From Betaproteobacteria bacterium SG8_41 (lineage in GTDB: Bacteria; Pseudomonadota; Gammaproteobacteria; Burkholderiales; SG8-41): a stretch of 64,000 bases of DNA. Below, in pieces: positions 1 through 8,890 of the stretch. Positions within the stretch are counted from its first letter, which is position 1. Every line of letters starts with the position of its first letter. A program made the translations under genes and the position numbers. The stretch covers positions 5,837 through 69,836 of the forward strand of contig LJTT01000002.1 of NCBI GenBank assembly GCA_001303585.1. The letters are read 5' to 3'. The notes below the pieces were generated by a model. The model made no database searches, had not been told where the DNA came from, and saw only the letters and a program-made list of their open reading frames with translations.

Positions 1-53
1 CGCACCGTATCGCGGAACTCGAGTTGTTCAGGGGTCAGATGAAGGTCATACAT
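1..53 (-). CDS. acyl-CoA dehydrogenase, first 17 codons only (gene runs off the window start)
   Basis: Reverse-strand ATG at 53 reads MYDLHLTPEQLEFRDTV, resembling the usual LTxEQxxFRD opening of acyl-CoA dehydrogenases. The fragment is too short to be certain. Confidence 0.3.
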   Translation of the reverse strand, partial: MYDLHLTPEQLEFRDTV

Positions 54-57
54 GGGT

Positions 58-92
58 AGGTTCCCGGTTCAAGGTTCAACGTTCAGGGTTCG
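58..92. repeat. tandem heptamer array (GGTTCAA-type, 5 units)
   Basis: Read directly: ggttccc ggttcaa ggttcaa cgttcag ggttcgc. The same unit family occurs at 26426-26600 and 34459-34554. Confidence 0.8.
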
Positions 93-285
93 CAGGCGAG
101 GCCCGGTCCAAGAGGCGCAATCTTAACAGCCAAGGGGCTATGGGAAAAACGACATCTCAGAATATGGAATCCGGGTGCGCCTTTGAGCCGCCGGGCGGGG
201 ATCCTCGTTCCAGATTCTGGATGAGCTTCGGCCAGCGTTCTTTTTTTGCCCTAGACAACGCCTGTTTCGCTGCCTGGATGCGCGG

Positions 286-2409
286 CTAACGCAGCACGAT
301 CAGGGCATCGGCGGCGACCACGCCCCGCCCCTGAGACCGCACCAGCAAGGGATTGATGTCCATCTCGAGAAGGCGCCCGCGCAGGTGCCAGGCCAGCTCC
401 GAGACCCGTGCAAGCGTGGCAACCAGCGCGTCGATGTCGCGCGGCGCGCTGCCGCGCACGCCATCGAAGACCGCCCGCCCCCTCAACTCTTCAATCATGG
501 CGCGCGCGTCCTCCAGACCGAACGGCGCCACGCGATAGCTCGCGTCCCCGAGCGTCTCCACAAGAATGCCGCCGAGGCCGAGCACCACGACTGGACCGAA
601 CACCGCGTCGTTGACCACTCCGATGATCGTTTCCAGCCCATCGGTGATCATTTCCGAGGCGAGCGCGCCGGCAATTCGGGCTTCAGGAGCGGCGCGCCGC
701 GCGTTGTTCAAGATCTCCGAGAGCGCGGCCTTAAGCGCCGGCCCATCGCGCACATTCAGGCGCACCGCGCCGATGTCGGTCTTGTGCGCGATGTCGCGAG
801 AGACGATCTTGACCGCCACCGGGAATGCGATGTCCGCGGGCACCCCCTCCATCGCGTCGACCGCGATGAAGCAGTCGCGCGTCACGGGCACGCCCGCCGC
901 AGCGAGGATCTTCTTGCTCTCGTTCTCATCCAGCGTCGCGGCGCCAGGAGGCAATGCCGGCGCCTTCACGCTGCGCGCGCCGTGCGCAGCGCTCCCGTGT
1001 TCGCGGCGCGCGAGCGCCGCCGAATAATCGGCAAGCCTGGCCATCGCCACGGCAGCTCGCTTCGGGGATGGCAGGACCGGAATGCCAGCCGCGCGCATGA
1101 GGCCCAGGCCCTCGGGCGCAATCTCCTCGGACATTCCGGAGAAGACAACGATGGGCTTCTCCGACGAGGACGCCGCTTTGCCCAGCAGTTCGCCGCCCAC
1201 CTGCAATTGGTTGCGCCCGGCAGCGGCGAACATGACCGCAAGCTGGTCGATTCCCGGATCGGCGAGGACCGCGTCGAACGCCTGCTGAAAATCGAGTCCG
1301 GGCACAGGCCGCGGATAGCCGGCCGTGTAGTCGATGGGATTCTTGAGCGAGCTGAGCGGCGGGAGACAGCGCCTCAGGACGTTCAATGTGTTCTCGGCAA
1401 GGGGCGGCATGGAAAGCCGCAGCTCGTCCGCCCTGTCGGCGAACATGGCCGCCGCGCCACCCGAGCCCCCCATCACCGCCACCCTGCGGCCCCCGGGCAA
1501 CCGGCCTCCAACCAGACACAGCGCAACATCGGCTGCCTCATCGAGATCGTGCACCTCGATCACGCCGCACTGCCGGAAGACGGCGCGATAGACGTCGTAG
1601 TCGCCCGTGAGATTGGCGGTATGCGACGCGGCTGCGCGCCTGCCTTGCTCCGTGTTTCCGGCCTTCAGGACGATGAGCGGTTTGCGCGCGGCAAGTGCGC
1701 GCCGCGCCGCGCGCATGAGCGCGTGCCCGTCGCTCACGCCCTCGAGGTAAGCAAGGATCACCCGCGTTTCCGCGTCATCGACATACGCCTCTATCAGCTC
1801 CGGCGCGGTGACGTCGGTCTCGTTGCCGCTCGTGACAACATGACGAAAACCCACGCCGGCTGCGGCGCAGCGCACGAGCAATGTCGTGCCGAGGCTCGCG
1901 CTTTGAAGCACCGCGGACACCGGGCCGGCTGGCAGGAGCGGGGGGCGCGTGAGGCTGCCCCATGCCGCGTAGACGCGCGCCGGAATGTTGACGAGACCGA
2001 GGCAGTTCGGCCCGATGATACGCACACCTCCTTTGCGCGCGGCGGAAAGCATCGCTTCCTCTGTCTTCTGGCCATCCGCCCCGGCTTCCCGGAAGCCGCC
2101 GCCCAGCACGACGGCAAAGGCGATACCGCGATCCCCGCACGCGCCGATGATGCCGGGGACCTGCGCCGCCGGCAGTGCAATCACCGCCACGTCGCATTCG
2201 CCGCGGACTTCGGCGACAGTCGCACAGCACGGATGGCCGGCGATTTCCGGATACTTGGGATTGACCGGGTAGATGCCGCCCTTGAAGCCGTGCTGCCGGA
2301 GCGCTGCGATCGTTTGTCCCCCGGGACGCGCCGGCTCGGCGCTGGCGCCAACGATCGCGATGCCGCGCGGATTGAAAAGCCGCTCGAACGAGCTCACTCC
2401 ACGGGCCAT
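286..2409 (-). CDS. ADP-forming acyl-CoA synthetase (fused CoA-binding and ATP-grasp domains)
   Basis: 707-aa ORF. The N-terminus FNPRGIAIVGASAEP...YPVNPKY...DVAVIALPA is the CoA-binding Rossmann signature of NDP-forming acyl-CoA synthetases, and the C-terminal half is ATP-grasp-like. Confidence 0.8.
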   Translation of the reverse strand: MARGVSSFERLFNPRGIAIVGASAEPARPGGQTIAALRQHGFKGGIYPVNPKYPEIAGHPCCATVAEVRGECDVAVIALPAAQVPGIIGACGDRGIAFAVVLGGGFREAGADGQKTEEAMLSAARKGGVRIIGPNCLGLVNIPARVYAAWGSLTRPPLLPAGPVSAVLQSASLGTTLLVRCAAAGVGFRHVVTSGNETDVTAPELIEAYVDDAETRVILAYLEGVSDGHALMRAARRALAARKPLIVLKAGNTEQGRRAAASHTANLTGDYDVYRAVFRQCGVIEVHDLDEAADVALCLVGGRLPGGRRVAVMGGSGGAAAMFADRADELRLSMPPLAENTLNVLRRCLPPLSSLKNPIDYTAGYPRPVPGLDFQQAFDAVLADPGIDQLAVMFAAAGRNQLQVGGELLGKAASSSEKPIVVFSGMSEEIAPEGLGLMRAAGIPVLPSPKRAAVAMARLADYSAALARREHGSAAHGARSVKAPALPPGAATLDENESKKILAAAGVPVTRDCFIAVDAMEGVPADIAFPVAVKIVSRDIAHKTDIGAVRLNVRDGPALKAALSEILNNARRAAPEARIAGALASEMITDGLETIIGVVNDAVFGPVVVLGLGGILVETLGDASYRVAPFGLEDARAMIEELRGRAVFDGVRGSAPRDIDALVATLARVSELAWHLRGRLLEMDINPLLVRSQGRGVVAADALIVLR

Positions 2410-3812
2410 TGCAGTTTCACCATCTTATTCATGTCGAGGCGCCCGGCAATGCGCGCCGCGGCACGATCGACTTCCCTGAGCAGCGCCTCCTGGTCGATCC
2501 GCACCAGCCGGCCGTCGCGCACGACCTGCTCGCCGGCGACGAACACGTGCCGGACGGTGTTGCCCGTCGCGCTGTAGACCAGGTTCGATACCGGGTTATA
2601 GAGCGGCTGCCACTCGGGGTGCGTAGTGTCGAAGAAGACGAAGTCAGCCTCCTTTCCGGTCTCGATCGAGCCGATGCGTTCGGCGAGCCCCGCTGCGCGG
2701 GCGCCGTTGATCGTCGCCATCTCCACCGCCTGCTCCGGCGGCACAAGGCGGGGATTGAGCCGGATTTCTTTGTAGCTGCAGGCGCAGAGGCGCATCTCCT
2801 GCACGAGGTCGACCGTACCCGAGCTGGCATGATCCGAGCCGAGACTGACATTGACGCCAAGCGCCATCAGCTCCGGATGCTTGCCCGCGGCGAGGTTGCC
2901 GTAGCCATTGTGAAGCGAGGACGAGGGGCAGCACACGAGCGAGGGCTTGCGCCGCGCCAGTATCGCGATCTCCTGCGGCTCGAACCAGCCGGCATGCAGC
3001 AGCAGCATGCGCTCATCCAGGACGCCCAGCGCTTCGAGGCGCTCGACCTCGGGTTTGCCGAACTGGACGATGCTCGAGTCACGCGTGAAGTACGAGTAGC
3101 AGCAATGCGTCTGCAGCAGCGCCTGATAGCGCTCGGCAATCTTCTTCAACGCGAGTATGAGCTCGTCGGAGCTGTTGTTCATGCCGCGAAAGGACGCGCT
3201 CACCGAGAGGCGCGGGTCCGTGCCCAGGTAGCGGTCGAAGAGCGCCTCCGTTTTGGCAATGCACTGGTCCGTGTTCTCGATCATCTCCTTCGGCATGAGG
3301 CCCGTGACGGACTTGTTGCGGTCAAAGCAGCTCACCGCCAGCACCATTCTCATGCCCGCGCCCATCACGGCCTTCACGGTCGCCTCGGGGTGGTAGTTGC
3401 CGGGCTCGATGAAACAGGTGACCCCGTGCCGCAACAGCTCGGTGGCCGCGAGCGAGACGCTGACGTGGACGTCTTCCTCGGCTGTCGCCACCTCGTACGG
3501 ATACATGTGCTCGAACAGGAACGCCTGCGCGTTGGCCTCGTCGGCCAGCCCGCGCGCCAGCTGAAACGAGGAATGCAGATGGCTGTCGATCAGTCCAGGC
3601 GTCACCACCGCGCCTTTTCCGTCCAGGATCTGCCCGGCATCCCACTCGCGCTCCAGCGCCGCGCTCTTGCCGATCGCCGCGAACTTGCCGTCCTTGACCG
3701 CTATTGCCCCGTCGCGGATGACGCGCCGCCGGGCGTCGACCGTCACGAGCCAGTCGATGTTACGCACCAGAAGATCAGCCTGCCGCGCCGGACTCATTCT
3801 TTTTCCCTCCAC
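2394..3812 (-). CDS. metal-dependent amidohydrolase (chlorohydrolase/deaminase-like subfamily)
   Basis: 472-aa ORF with a TPGLIDSHLHS metal-binding HxH motif and downstream LGSDH and D-containing motifs. It overlaps the downstream gene by 16 nt. Confidence 0.75.
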   Translation of the reverse strand: MEGKRMSPARQADLLVRNIDWLVTVDARRRVIRDGAIAVKDGKFAAIGKSAALEREWDAGQILDGKGAVVTPGLIDSHLHSSFQLARGLADEANAQAFLFEHMYPYEVATAEEDVHVSVSLAATELLRHGVTCFIEPGNYHPEATVKAVMGAGMRMVLAVSCFDRNKSVTGLMPKEMIENTDQCIAKTEALFDRYLGTDPRLSVSASFRGMNNSSDELILALKKIAERYQALLQTHCCYSYFTRDSSIVQFGKPEVERLEALGVLDERMLLLHAGWFEPQEIAILARRKPSLVCCPSSSLHNGYGNLAAGKHPELMALGVNVSLGSDHASSGTVDLVQEMRLCACSYKEIRLNPRLVPPEQAVEMATINGARAAGLAERIGSIETGKEADFVFFDTTHPEWQPLYNPVSNLVYSATGNTVRHVFVAGEQVVRDGRLVRIDQEALLREVDRAAARIAGRLDMNKMVKLQWPVE

Positions 3813-3983
3813 GGCTCGCCGGGAATCTCAGGCAGTCCCGGATTCCGATCGAGCCGCAGAACAATACCGCTGCCCGCCCCAATGGCCGGAGCACGAACCG
3901 TGAGCGGGTCGCGACGACTCGCCAACACGCGCGAAACTGGCTTCGGGCTTAACGCTCTGCGAAGGCCTTTCATTCAGACCCGC

Positions 3984-4997
3984 TCAGCCCGCGGATTTTA
4001 CCCGGGCCAGCGCCTTGAGCTCCGCGTGGAGCGCATCGGTGATCTCGATGCCGTTCTCACGGGCCGCAGCTGCCGCGCGCTGCCGCCGCGCGCCGGGAAG
4101 ACGCACCCCGTCCTCTGCCAGCATCTTCGAAACAACGGCCTCGAGACGCGAGTAGTAGACATCGGCTCCGACCGGCGCGTCCGGATCCAGGATCAAAAAC
4201 GCCTGGCCGATACGGGGTTTCCCGCCGGGCTCGAAGTACGAATCGTTCTCGAAGCCGAACGCCGCTCCGGTCAGGGCCACGCACATGAGCTCGATGGCCA
4301 GTGCAAGCGAATTGCCCTTGGCCGCGCCGATCGCCGCGAGGCTCCCGGTGAGCGCCACCTTCGCGTCCGTGGTCGGCTGCCCGTCCCGGTCTACCGCCCA
4401 GCCGAGTGGAATGGGTTTTCCCTCTTTCGCATGGACCATGATCTTGCCGCGCGTGACCTCCGTGATCGACAGGTCCACGACGATGGGCGCGGCGTCGCGC
4501 CGCGGAAACACGGCGGCAATCGGGTTGGTGCCGTAGAGCGGCGTCCGGCCGCCCCAGGCAGTGATGGCCGCCGGCGAGTTGCTGAACGCGAACCCGATTA
4601 ACCCTGCCTCCGCCGCCGGCTGCAGGTGGTAGGCCATCGCACCGGCGTGATGGCTGTTGGTGACGCCGGCGAAAGCCACGCCGTAGCGCTTGGCGCGCTT
4701 CATCGCTTCTTTAACCGCCAGCGCGGCCGCAGGAAACGCAAGGCCGCCCTTCGCGTCGACGAGGCAGGTCGCGCCCTTGCGCCGGACAACGAGCGGCTTC
4801 GCCGCTCCGTCAGCGCGGCCCTCGCGCAGGTGCTGCGCATAGAGCGCGACGCGGGAGAGCCCGTGCCCGCCGAGCCCCTCCATTTCGGCTGCGATGAGGG
4901 CCTCGCCCGTCATCCGCGCCGTGGTCGTCGAGGCGCCCGCTTTCTTGAGCGCGCGCACGGCAAGCTTCATCAATTGATCAGCAGGAAACGTCGGCAT
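3984..4997 (-). CDS. Ldh_2 family (malate/L-lactate/sulfolactate-type) NAD(P)H-dependent 2-hydroxyacid dehydrogenase
   Basis: 337-aa ORF with motifs GHGLSR, NSHHAG and GTNPIA that are typical of the Ldh_2 family. Confidence 0.8.
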   Translation of the reverse strand: MPTFPADQLMKLAVRALKKAGASTTTARMTGEALIAAEMEGLGGHGLSRVALYAQHLREGRADGAAKPLVVRRKGATCLVDAKGGLAFPAAALAVKEAMKRAKRYGVAFAGVTNSHHAGAMAYHLQPAAEAGLIGFAFSNSPAAITAWGGRTPLYGTNPIAAVFPRRDAAPIVVDLSITEVTRGKIMVHAKEGKPIPLGWAVDRDGQPTTDAKVALTGSLAAIGAAKGNSLALAIELMCVALTGAAFGFENDSYFEPGGKPRIGQAFLILDPDAPVGADVYYSRLEAVVSKMLAEDGVRLPGARRQRAAAAARENGIEITDALHAELKALARVKSAG

Positions 4998-6723
4998 CGG
5001 GGGCTGTCACTCCTTCCTTGAGCAGGGTCTCGCCCGGTTTCACGCGGGTAAATTCGACCGGCTGCGTCGCGATATCGAATTTGCCCCCGGCCCAGGTAAC
5101 GCAGGTGTAACGCGAATTCTCGAGGTCGCGCACGTCGGGAAAATCCGAGCGATAGTGCGCGCCGCGGGAATCCTCCCGCGCGGCCGCGGCAAAACAGATC
5201 GATTTCGAGACGAGGATCAGATTTTTGAGGTTCAACCAGTCATGCCACGTCAGGTTGAAGGCGAGATCGGCGCCGTCCACGCCGGTGGCATCAAGCCGCG
5301 CCTCGAGCTCGTCGAGCGCGCCGGCCGCGCGTCTGAGGGTTCCCGCGTCGCGAATGATGCCGACGTCCTCCCACATGAGGTCATAGAGCCGCTCGCGAAT
5401 CTCGACCAGGTTGCCCGCCGGCCTCCCGAGCGGCGCGCGGCACGCCGCCATTGCCGTTTCGATGGCCGCGGCGTCCGGCTCCTGGAACGCGCCGTGGCCC
5501 TTCAGCCATGCCGGCATCGCATCGCCGGCAATTCCGCCAAAGACGGTGGAATTGGCCACGCCGTTGCCGCCCAGACGGTTCGCTCCGTGCACCCCGCCCG
5601 AGTCCTCGCCGGCAACGAAGAATCCGGCAAGATCGCTCGTGCAGTCCGGATTGAAGACGACCCCGCCCATCATGTAGTGCGCCGTCGGCACGACATCGAC
5701 CAGCCCCGAAACGAGATCAAAGCCGACGTCCTCGCAGCGCTCGACCATGCCCTTGAACTCCTTGCGCACCATGACGGGATCGAGGTGGCGCATCGTGATG
5801 TAGAGCCCGCCGCGCGGTCCGACGTTGCCCTGGCGCATTTGATCGAACATGCCGCGGCTCACGATGTCGCGGGTCGCGCGCTCGTTGCGCGGATCGTAGA
5901 GGTGCATGAACCGCTCGCCCGCACCATTGAGCAGTTGGCCGCCGGCACCGCGCAAACCCTCTTCGATGATGGTGCCCGTGATGCGCGTGTGCGGGCCGGC
6001 GATAAGCCCGGTCGGATGAAACTGGACCATCTCCATGTCGCGCAGCGTGAGGCCCGCACGCAGCGCCATTGCCATGCCATCGCAGGTCTTGTCGCCCGAA
6101 GGGGTGTGGTAGCGATACATGGTCGGCCCGCCGCCCGTGGCGAGCAGCACGGCTTGCGCCTGCACGAACACGAACTCCCCGGTCCGCATGTCGATCATCA
6201 GCACGCCGGCGATCGCATCGCCTTGCTTGCTGCGGACCAGCTCGACCGCGCGGTGCTCCTCGAGGCGCTGGATGCCGCGCGCCCACACCTGTTCGGCCAG
6301 CCGGTTGATGATTTCGATCCCGGTCAAATCGCCCTTGTGCACGGTGCGGTCGAAGGTCTGCCCGGCAAAGGCCTTCTGATGCACGGTGCCATCGGGATTG
6401 CGATCGAAGAAGCAACCGAGCTCGTTCTCGAGCTCGTGGATGCGCTCGACGGCGACCTCGACCAGGGTCCAGGCGAGTTCCTGGTGCGGCAGCCACTTGC
6501 CGCCCTCGATCGTGTCCATGAAATGGCGCTCGACCGAATCCTCCGCGGCCAGCGCAACGTTATAGCCGCCCTGCACCATGCGCGTGCAGCCGCATTTGCC
6601 GAGGAGGCCCTTCACCGCGACGGTGATCGAGAGGCCCGGGTCGCGCTGGTGCGCGTGCAGCGCGGCAAAAAGCCCCGCCCCGCCCGAGCCCAGTATCAGA
6701 ATGTCAGTCTTCAGCCGCTTCAT
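4978..6723 (-). CDS. succinate dehydrogenase/fumarate reductase-type flavoprotein subunit (SdhA/FrdA-like)
   Basis: Contains the FAD dinucleotide fold DILILGSGGAGLFAA, the covalent-FAD site QFHPTG, and AHYMMGG and RLGGN motifs. ATG at 6723 (MKRLKTDIL) is preferred over the longer ORF start at 6753 because the hairpin at 6730-6818 then lies in intergenic sequence. Confidence 0.85.
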   Translation of the reverse strand: MKRLKTDILILGSGGAGLFAALHAHQRDPGLSITVAVKGLLGKCGCTRMVQGGYNVALAAEDSVERHFMDTIEGGKWLPHQELAWTLVEVAVERIHELENELGCFFDRNPDGTVHQKAFAGQTFDRTVHKGDLTGIEIINRLAEQVWARGIQRLEEHRAVELVRSKQGDAIAGVLMIDMRTGEFVFVQAQAVLLATGGGPTMYRYHTPSGDKTCDGMAMALRAGLTLRDMEMVQFHPTGLIAGPHTRITGTIIEEGLRGAGGQLLNGAGERFMHLYDPRNERATRDIVSRGMFDQMRQGNVGPRGGLYITMRHLDPVMVRKEFKGMVERCEDVGFDLVSGLVDVVPTAHYMMGGVVFNPDCTSDLAGFFVAGEDSGGVHGANRLGGNGVANSTVFGGIAGDAMPAWLKGHGAFQEPDAAAIETAMAACRAPLGRPAGNLVEIRERLYDLMWEDVGIIRDAGTLRRAAGALDELEARLDATGVDGADLAFNLTWHDWLNLKNLILVSKSICFAAAAREDSRGAHYRSDFPDVRDLENSRYTCVTWAGGKFDIATQPVEFTRVKPGETLLKEGVTAPDADVSC

Positions 6724-6729
6724 TTCGGG

Positions 6730-6818
6730 AACCGCAAAGGCGCGAAGCCGCAAAGATTACGCATAGAATCATCGACCCGGACTCCGCCGACCCTCTGCGC
6801 CTTTGCGTCTTTGCGGTT
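6730..6818. repeat. intergenic hairpin with CGCAAAG-repeat arms
   Basis: AACCGCAAAG (6730-6739) is the exact reverse complement of CTTTGCGGTT (6809-6818). The inner arms carry further cgcaaag / ctttgcg units. Confidence 0.75.
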
Positions 6819-7428
6819 AACGCTTGACGCCGAGGGAGGCGAGCGCCGCCGCCCGCTTTTCGCGCGCCGCCTTGTTTACCTGCGTGTAAAGGCTCTCCCC
6901 ATGGCTGTCCATCGACACCAGGAGCGGCCCGAACCCTTTCACGCGGAACCTCCACAGCGACTCGGGATTCAGATCATCGAGATCGACGTCCTCGATGACC
7001 TCGATCCACGTGGTCTCCAGCGCCGCCGCGCCGCCGATGACAGCGAGGTAGACGCCGCCGATTTCCTTGAACGCCGTGAGCGAGCCCTCGCGCAGCCCGC
7101 CCTTGCCGATGATGATTCGCACGCCGCACTCGCTCATCAGCGGGCGCGTGAAGCGCTCCATGCGGTCGCTCGTCGTCGTGCCGATGCAGATCGGCGCGTA
7201 GCCGCACGGGGCAGCATCGGTTTTGTCGACCCGCCTGACGTTGGGCGCGGTGTGAATTACCGCGTGGCCGTTCAGATCGAAGCGCGTCTTGCGGCCGCGA
7301 TCGAACATGTGGATCTGCGTCGCGTCACGGATGCCGTAGAGCGTGCCGTAGAGCGTGACGGTGTCGTTCACGCGCAGCTTGCGGACCTGCTCCTCCGTCA
7401 CCGGCATCTGAAAATCAAAATGCGCCAT
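6817..7428 (-). CDS. Fe-S type hydro-lyase, beta subunit (class I fumarate hydratase C-terminal / L-tartrate dehydratase TtdB-like)
   Basis: 203-aa ORF. Its size, the N-terminus (MPVTEEQVRKLRVND) and the GKGG motif fit the tartrate/fumarate Fe-S hydro-lyase beta family. Confidence 0.8.
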   Translation of the reverse strand: MAHFDFQMPVTEEQVRKLRVNDTVTLYGTLYGIRDATQIHMFDRGRKTRFDLNGHAVIHTAPNVRRVDKTDAAPCGYAPICIGTTTSDRMERFTRPLMSECGVRIIIGKGGLREGSLTAFKEIGGVYLAVIGGAAALETTWIEVIEDVDLDDLNPESLWRFRVKGFGPLLVSMDSHGESLYTQVNKAAREKRAAALASLGVKR

Positions 7429-7448
7429 GGAGAAAAACCTTTTTAACC

Positions 7449-7668
7449 GCCGATGAACGCCGATCGGACCAAAGTAAATCGTGAATCGAAAACCCGTAAC
7501 CCGTTTTACTAGCCGCAGATAAACGCAGATAAACGCCGATTACTCATTACAAGAAACAAACCCTTCCGCCATCCGCCACAGTTGTATTGCCGCCGATAGA
7601 CGCCGATCACGGCAAGAAGCAGCAGGCATTGTAATAAACATCCGCGTTTATCCGCGTTTATCTGCGGC
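7449..7668. repeat. composite decamer-repeat element (GCNGATRAAC units in both orientations) filling the alpha/beta hydro-lyase spacer
   Basis: Units read directly: gccgatgaac gccgatcgga (7449-7468); gcagataaac gcagataaac gccgat (7514-7540); gccgatagac gccgatcac (7591-7609). The inverted copy atccgcgtttatccgcgtttatctgcggc lies at 7640-7668. The arm 7512-7536 versus 7644-7668 is an inverted repeat with 1 mismatch. Confidence 0.8.
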
Positions 7669-7673
7669 TTAAG

Positions 7674-8549
7674 TCAAAAGCCGTACTCCAGGCCGCGCGG
7701 CGTGAAGGTGGCGCGGGCGCGGCGCGCGGAGTGGCACTGCATGTTGACCGCGACCGGGTTCATCGTGATATGCGTCGCCGCCGTCTCGACGTGCACCGCG
7801 AACGAGGTCGAATCCCCGCCCAGTCCCTGCGGCCCGACACCCAGCTCGTTCACCGCGCGCGAGAGCTCCGGCTCAAGCTTGGCGCCTTCCGGGTCCGCGC
7901 ATCGGCTGCCCAGCGGCCGCGTCGCGGCGACCTTGGAGAGATGGATGCACAGATCGGCGGTGCCGCCGATGCCGACGCCGACGATCGTCGGCGGGCAGGT
8001 CTTGCCGCCTGCATCCAGCACACAGTCAATGACAAATGTCTTGATCGCGTCCACACCTTCGGCCGGAATGGCCATCTTGAGCCAGGAGTTGTTCTCCGAG
8101 CCGCTGCCTTTCGGAATCATCTCGATGGACAGCGTGTCGGCATCCGGGACGAAATCGATGTTGATCACGGGCACCAGGCGGCCGCTCGACGTGTGCTGGT
8201 TAACACGCGTGAGGGGATGCACGACCGACGAGCGGATGGGATGCTCGCGCGTCGCCCGCTCGCACCCTCGCACAATCGCCTGCTTGAGCTCGTGACCCGG
8301 CACTTCCACTCCAGCGCCAATTGCCACGTTATAGATCGGGATGCCCGTGTCCTGGCAGAGCAGGTTGCGGGTGTCTTCGGCGACCGCGATGTTGCGAATC
8401 ATCGTGCCAAGCACGGCCTTCGCCGTAGCGTCCGTCTCGTCGCGGTCGAGCCGCTCGAACCCCTGCTTGATGTCGGGCGGCAGCAGCTTCAACGCCCGGA
8501 TGTAGAGTTCCTTGCACGCATCCTCGACCTGTTTCAGATCGACCTTCAT
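7674..8549 (-). CDS. Fe-S type hydro-lyase, alpha subunit (class I fumarate hydratase N-terminal / TtdA-like)
   Basis: ORF in frame with the internal ATG at 8549 (MKVDLKQVEDACKELYIRA). Motifs LCQDTG and GIGGT are typical of the alpha subunit. The longer ORF start at 8618 adds a non-conserved extension. Confidence 0.8.
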   Translation of the reverse strand: MKVDLKQVEDACKELYIRALKLLPPDIKQGFERLDRDETDATAKAVLGTMIRNIAVAEDTRNLLCQDTGIPIYNVAIGAGVEVPGHELKQAIVRGCERATREHPIRSSVVHPLTRVNQHTSSGRLVPVINIDFVPDADTLSIEMIPKGSGSENNSWLKMAIPAEGVDAIKTFVIDCVLDAGGKTCPPTIVGVGIGGTADLCIHLSKVAATRPLGSRCADPEGAKLEPELSRAVNELGVGPQGLGGDSTSFAVHVETAATHITMNPVAVNMQCHSARRARATFTPRGLEYGF

Positions 8550-8794
8550 CTGCACCCCATTCAACAAACTGCGGACGGAAACGGAAGAGCGCCCGTTCGC
8601 GCATGCCGCAAACAGCATGCGCCGCGCACCCGCCCGATTTCAATAAACAACGTCGCGAGGAAAATCCCGATCAAACATACCTCATAGACCCTCTGCCAGC
8701 AAGGCGGCAGACCGATCCCAATTCAGCAGTCGAAAGGCCACCCGGACGCGAACGGCCCATGGTGAATGGTGAAAGGATAGCGCTTTTCGTTTTA

Positions 8795-8867
8795 GTTGAT
8801 CCGCGTTCATTTGCGTGTATCCGCGGTTAATTCTGTTTTTGACCTTATCGTCGCTCATCGGCGGCCG
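8795..8867. repeat. decamer-repeat element (same family as 7449-7668)
   Basis: gatccgcgttcatttgcgtgtatccgcgg plus tcgctcatcggcggc. In reverse complement these read gcggatacac gcaaatgaac gcggatcaac and gccgatgagc. Confidence 0.6.
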
Positions 8868-8890
8868 CCACGCGGTTTTTGAGGCGAGCT

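Noticed and set aside
385-7446. Very long plus-strand ORFs (385..2577, 2409..4601 and 5155..7446, each 730-763 aa) opposite the minus-strand metabolic genes
   Set aside because: Their translations are Arg/Ala/Pro/Gly-rich low-complexity sequence with no recognisable motifs. The minus-strand frames carry clear enzyme signatures. These are typical antisense open frames in high-GC DNA.
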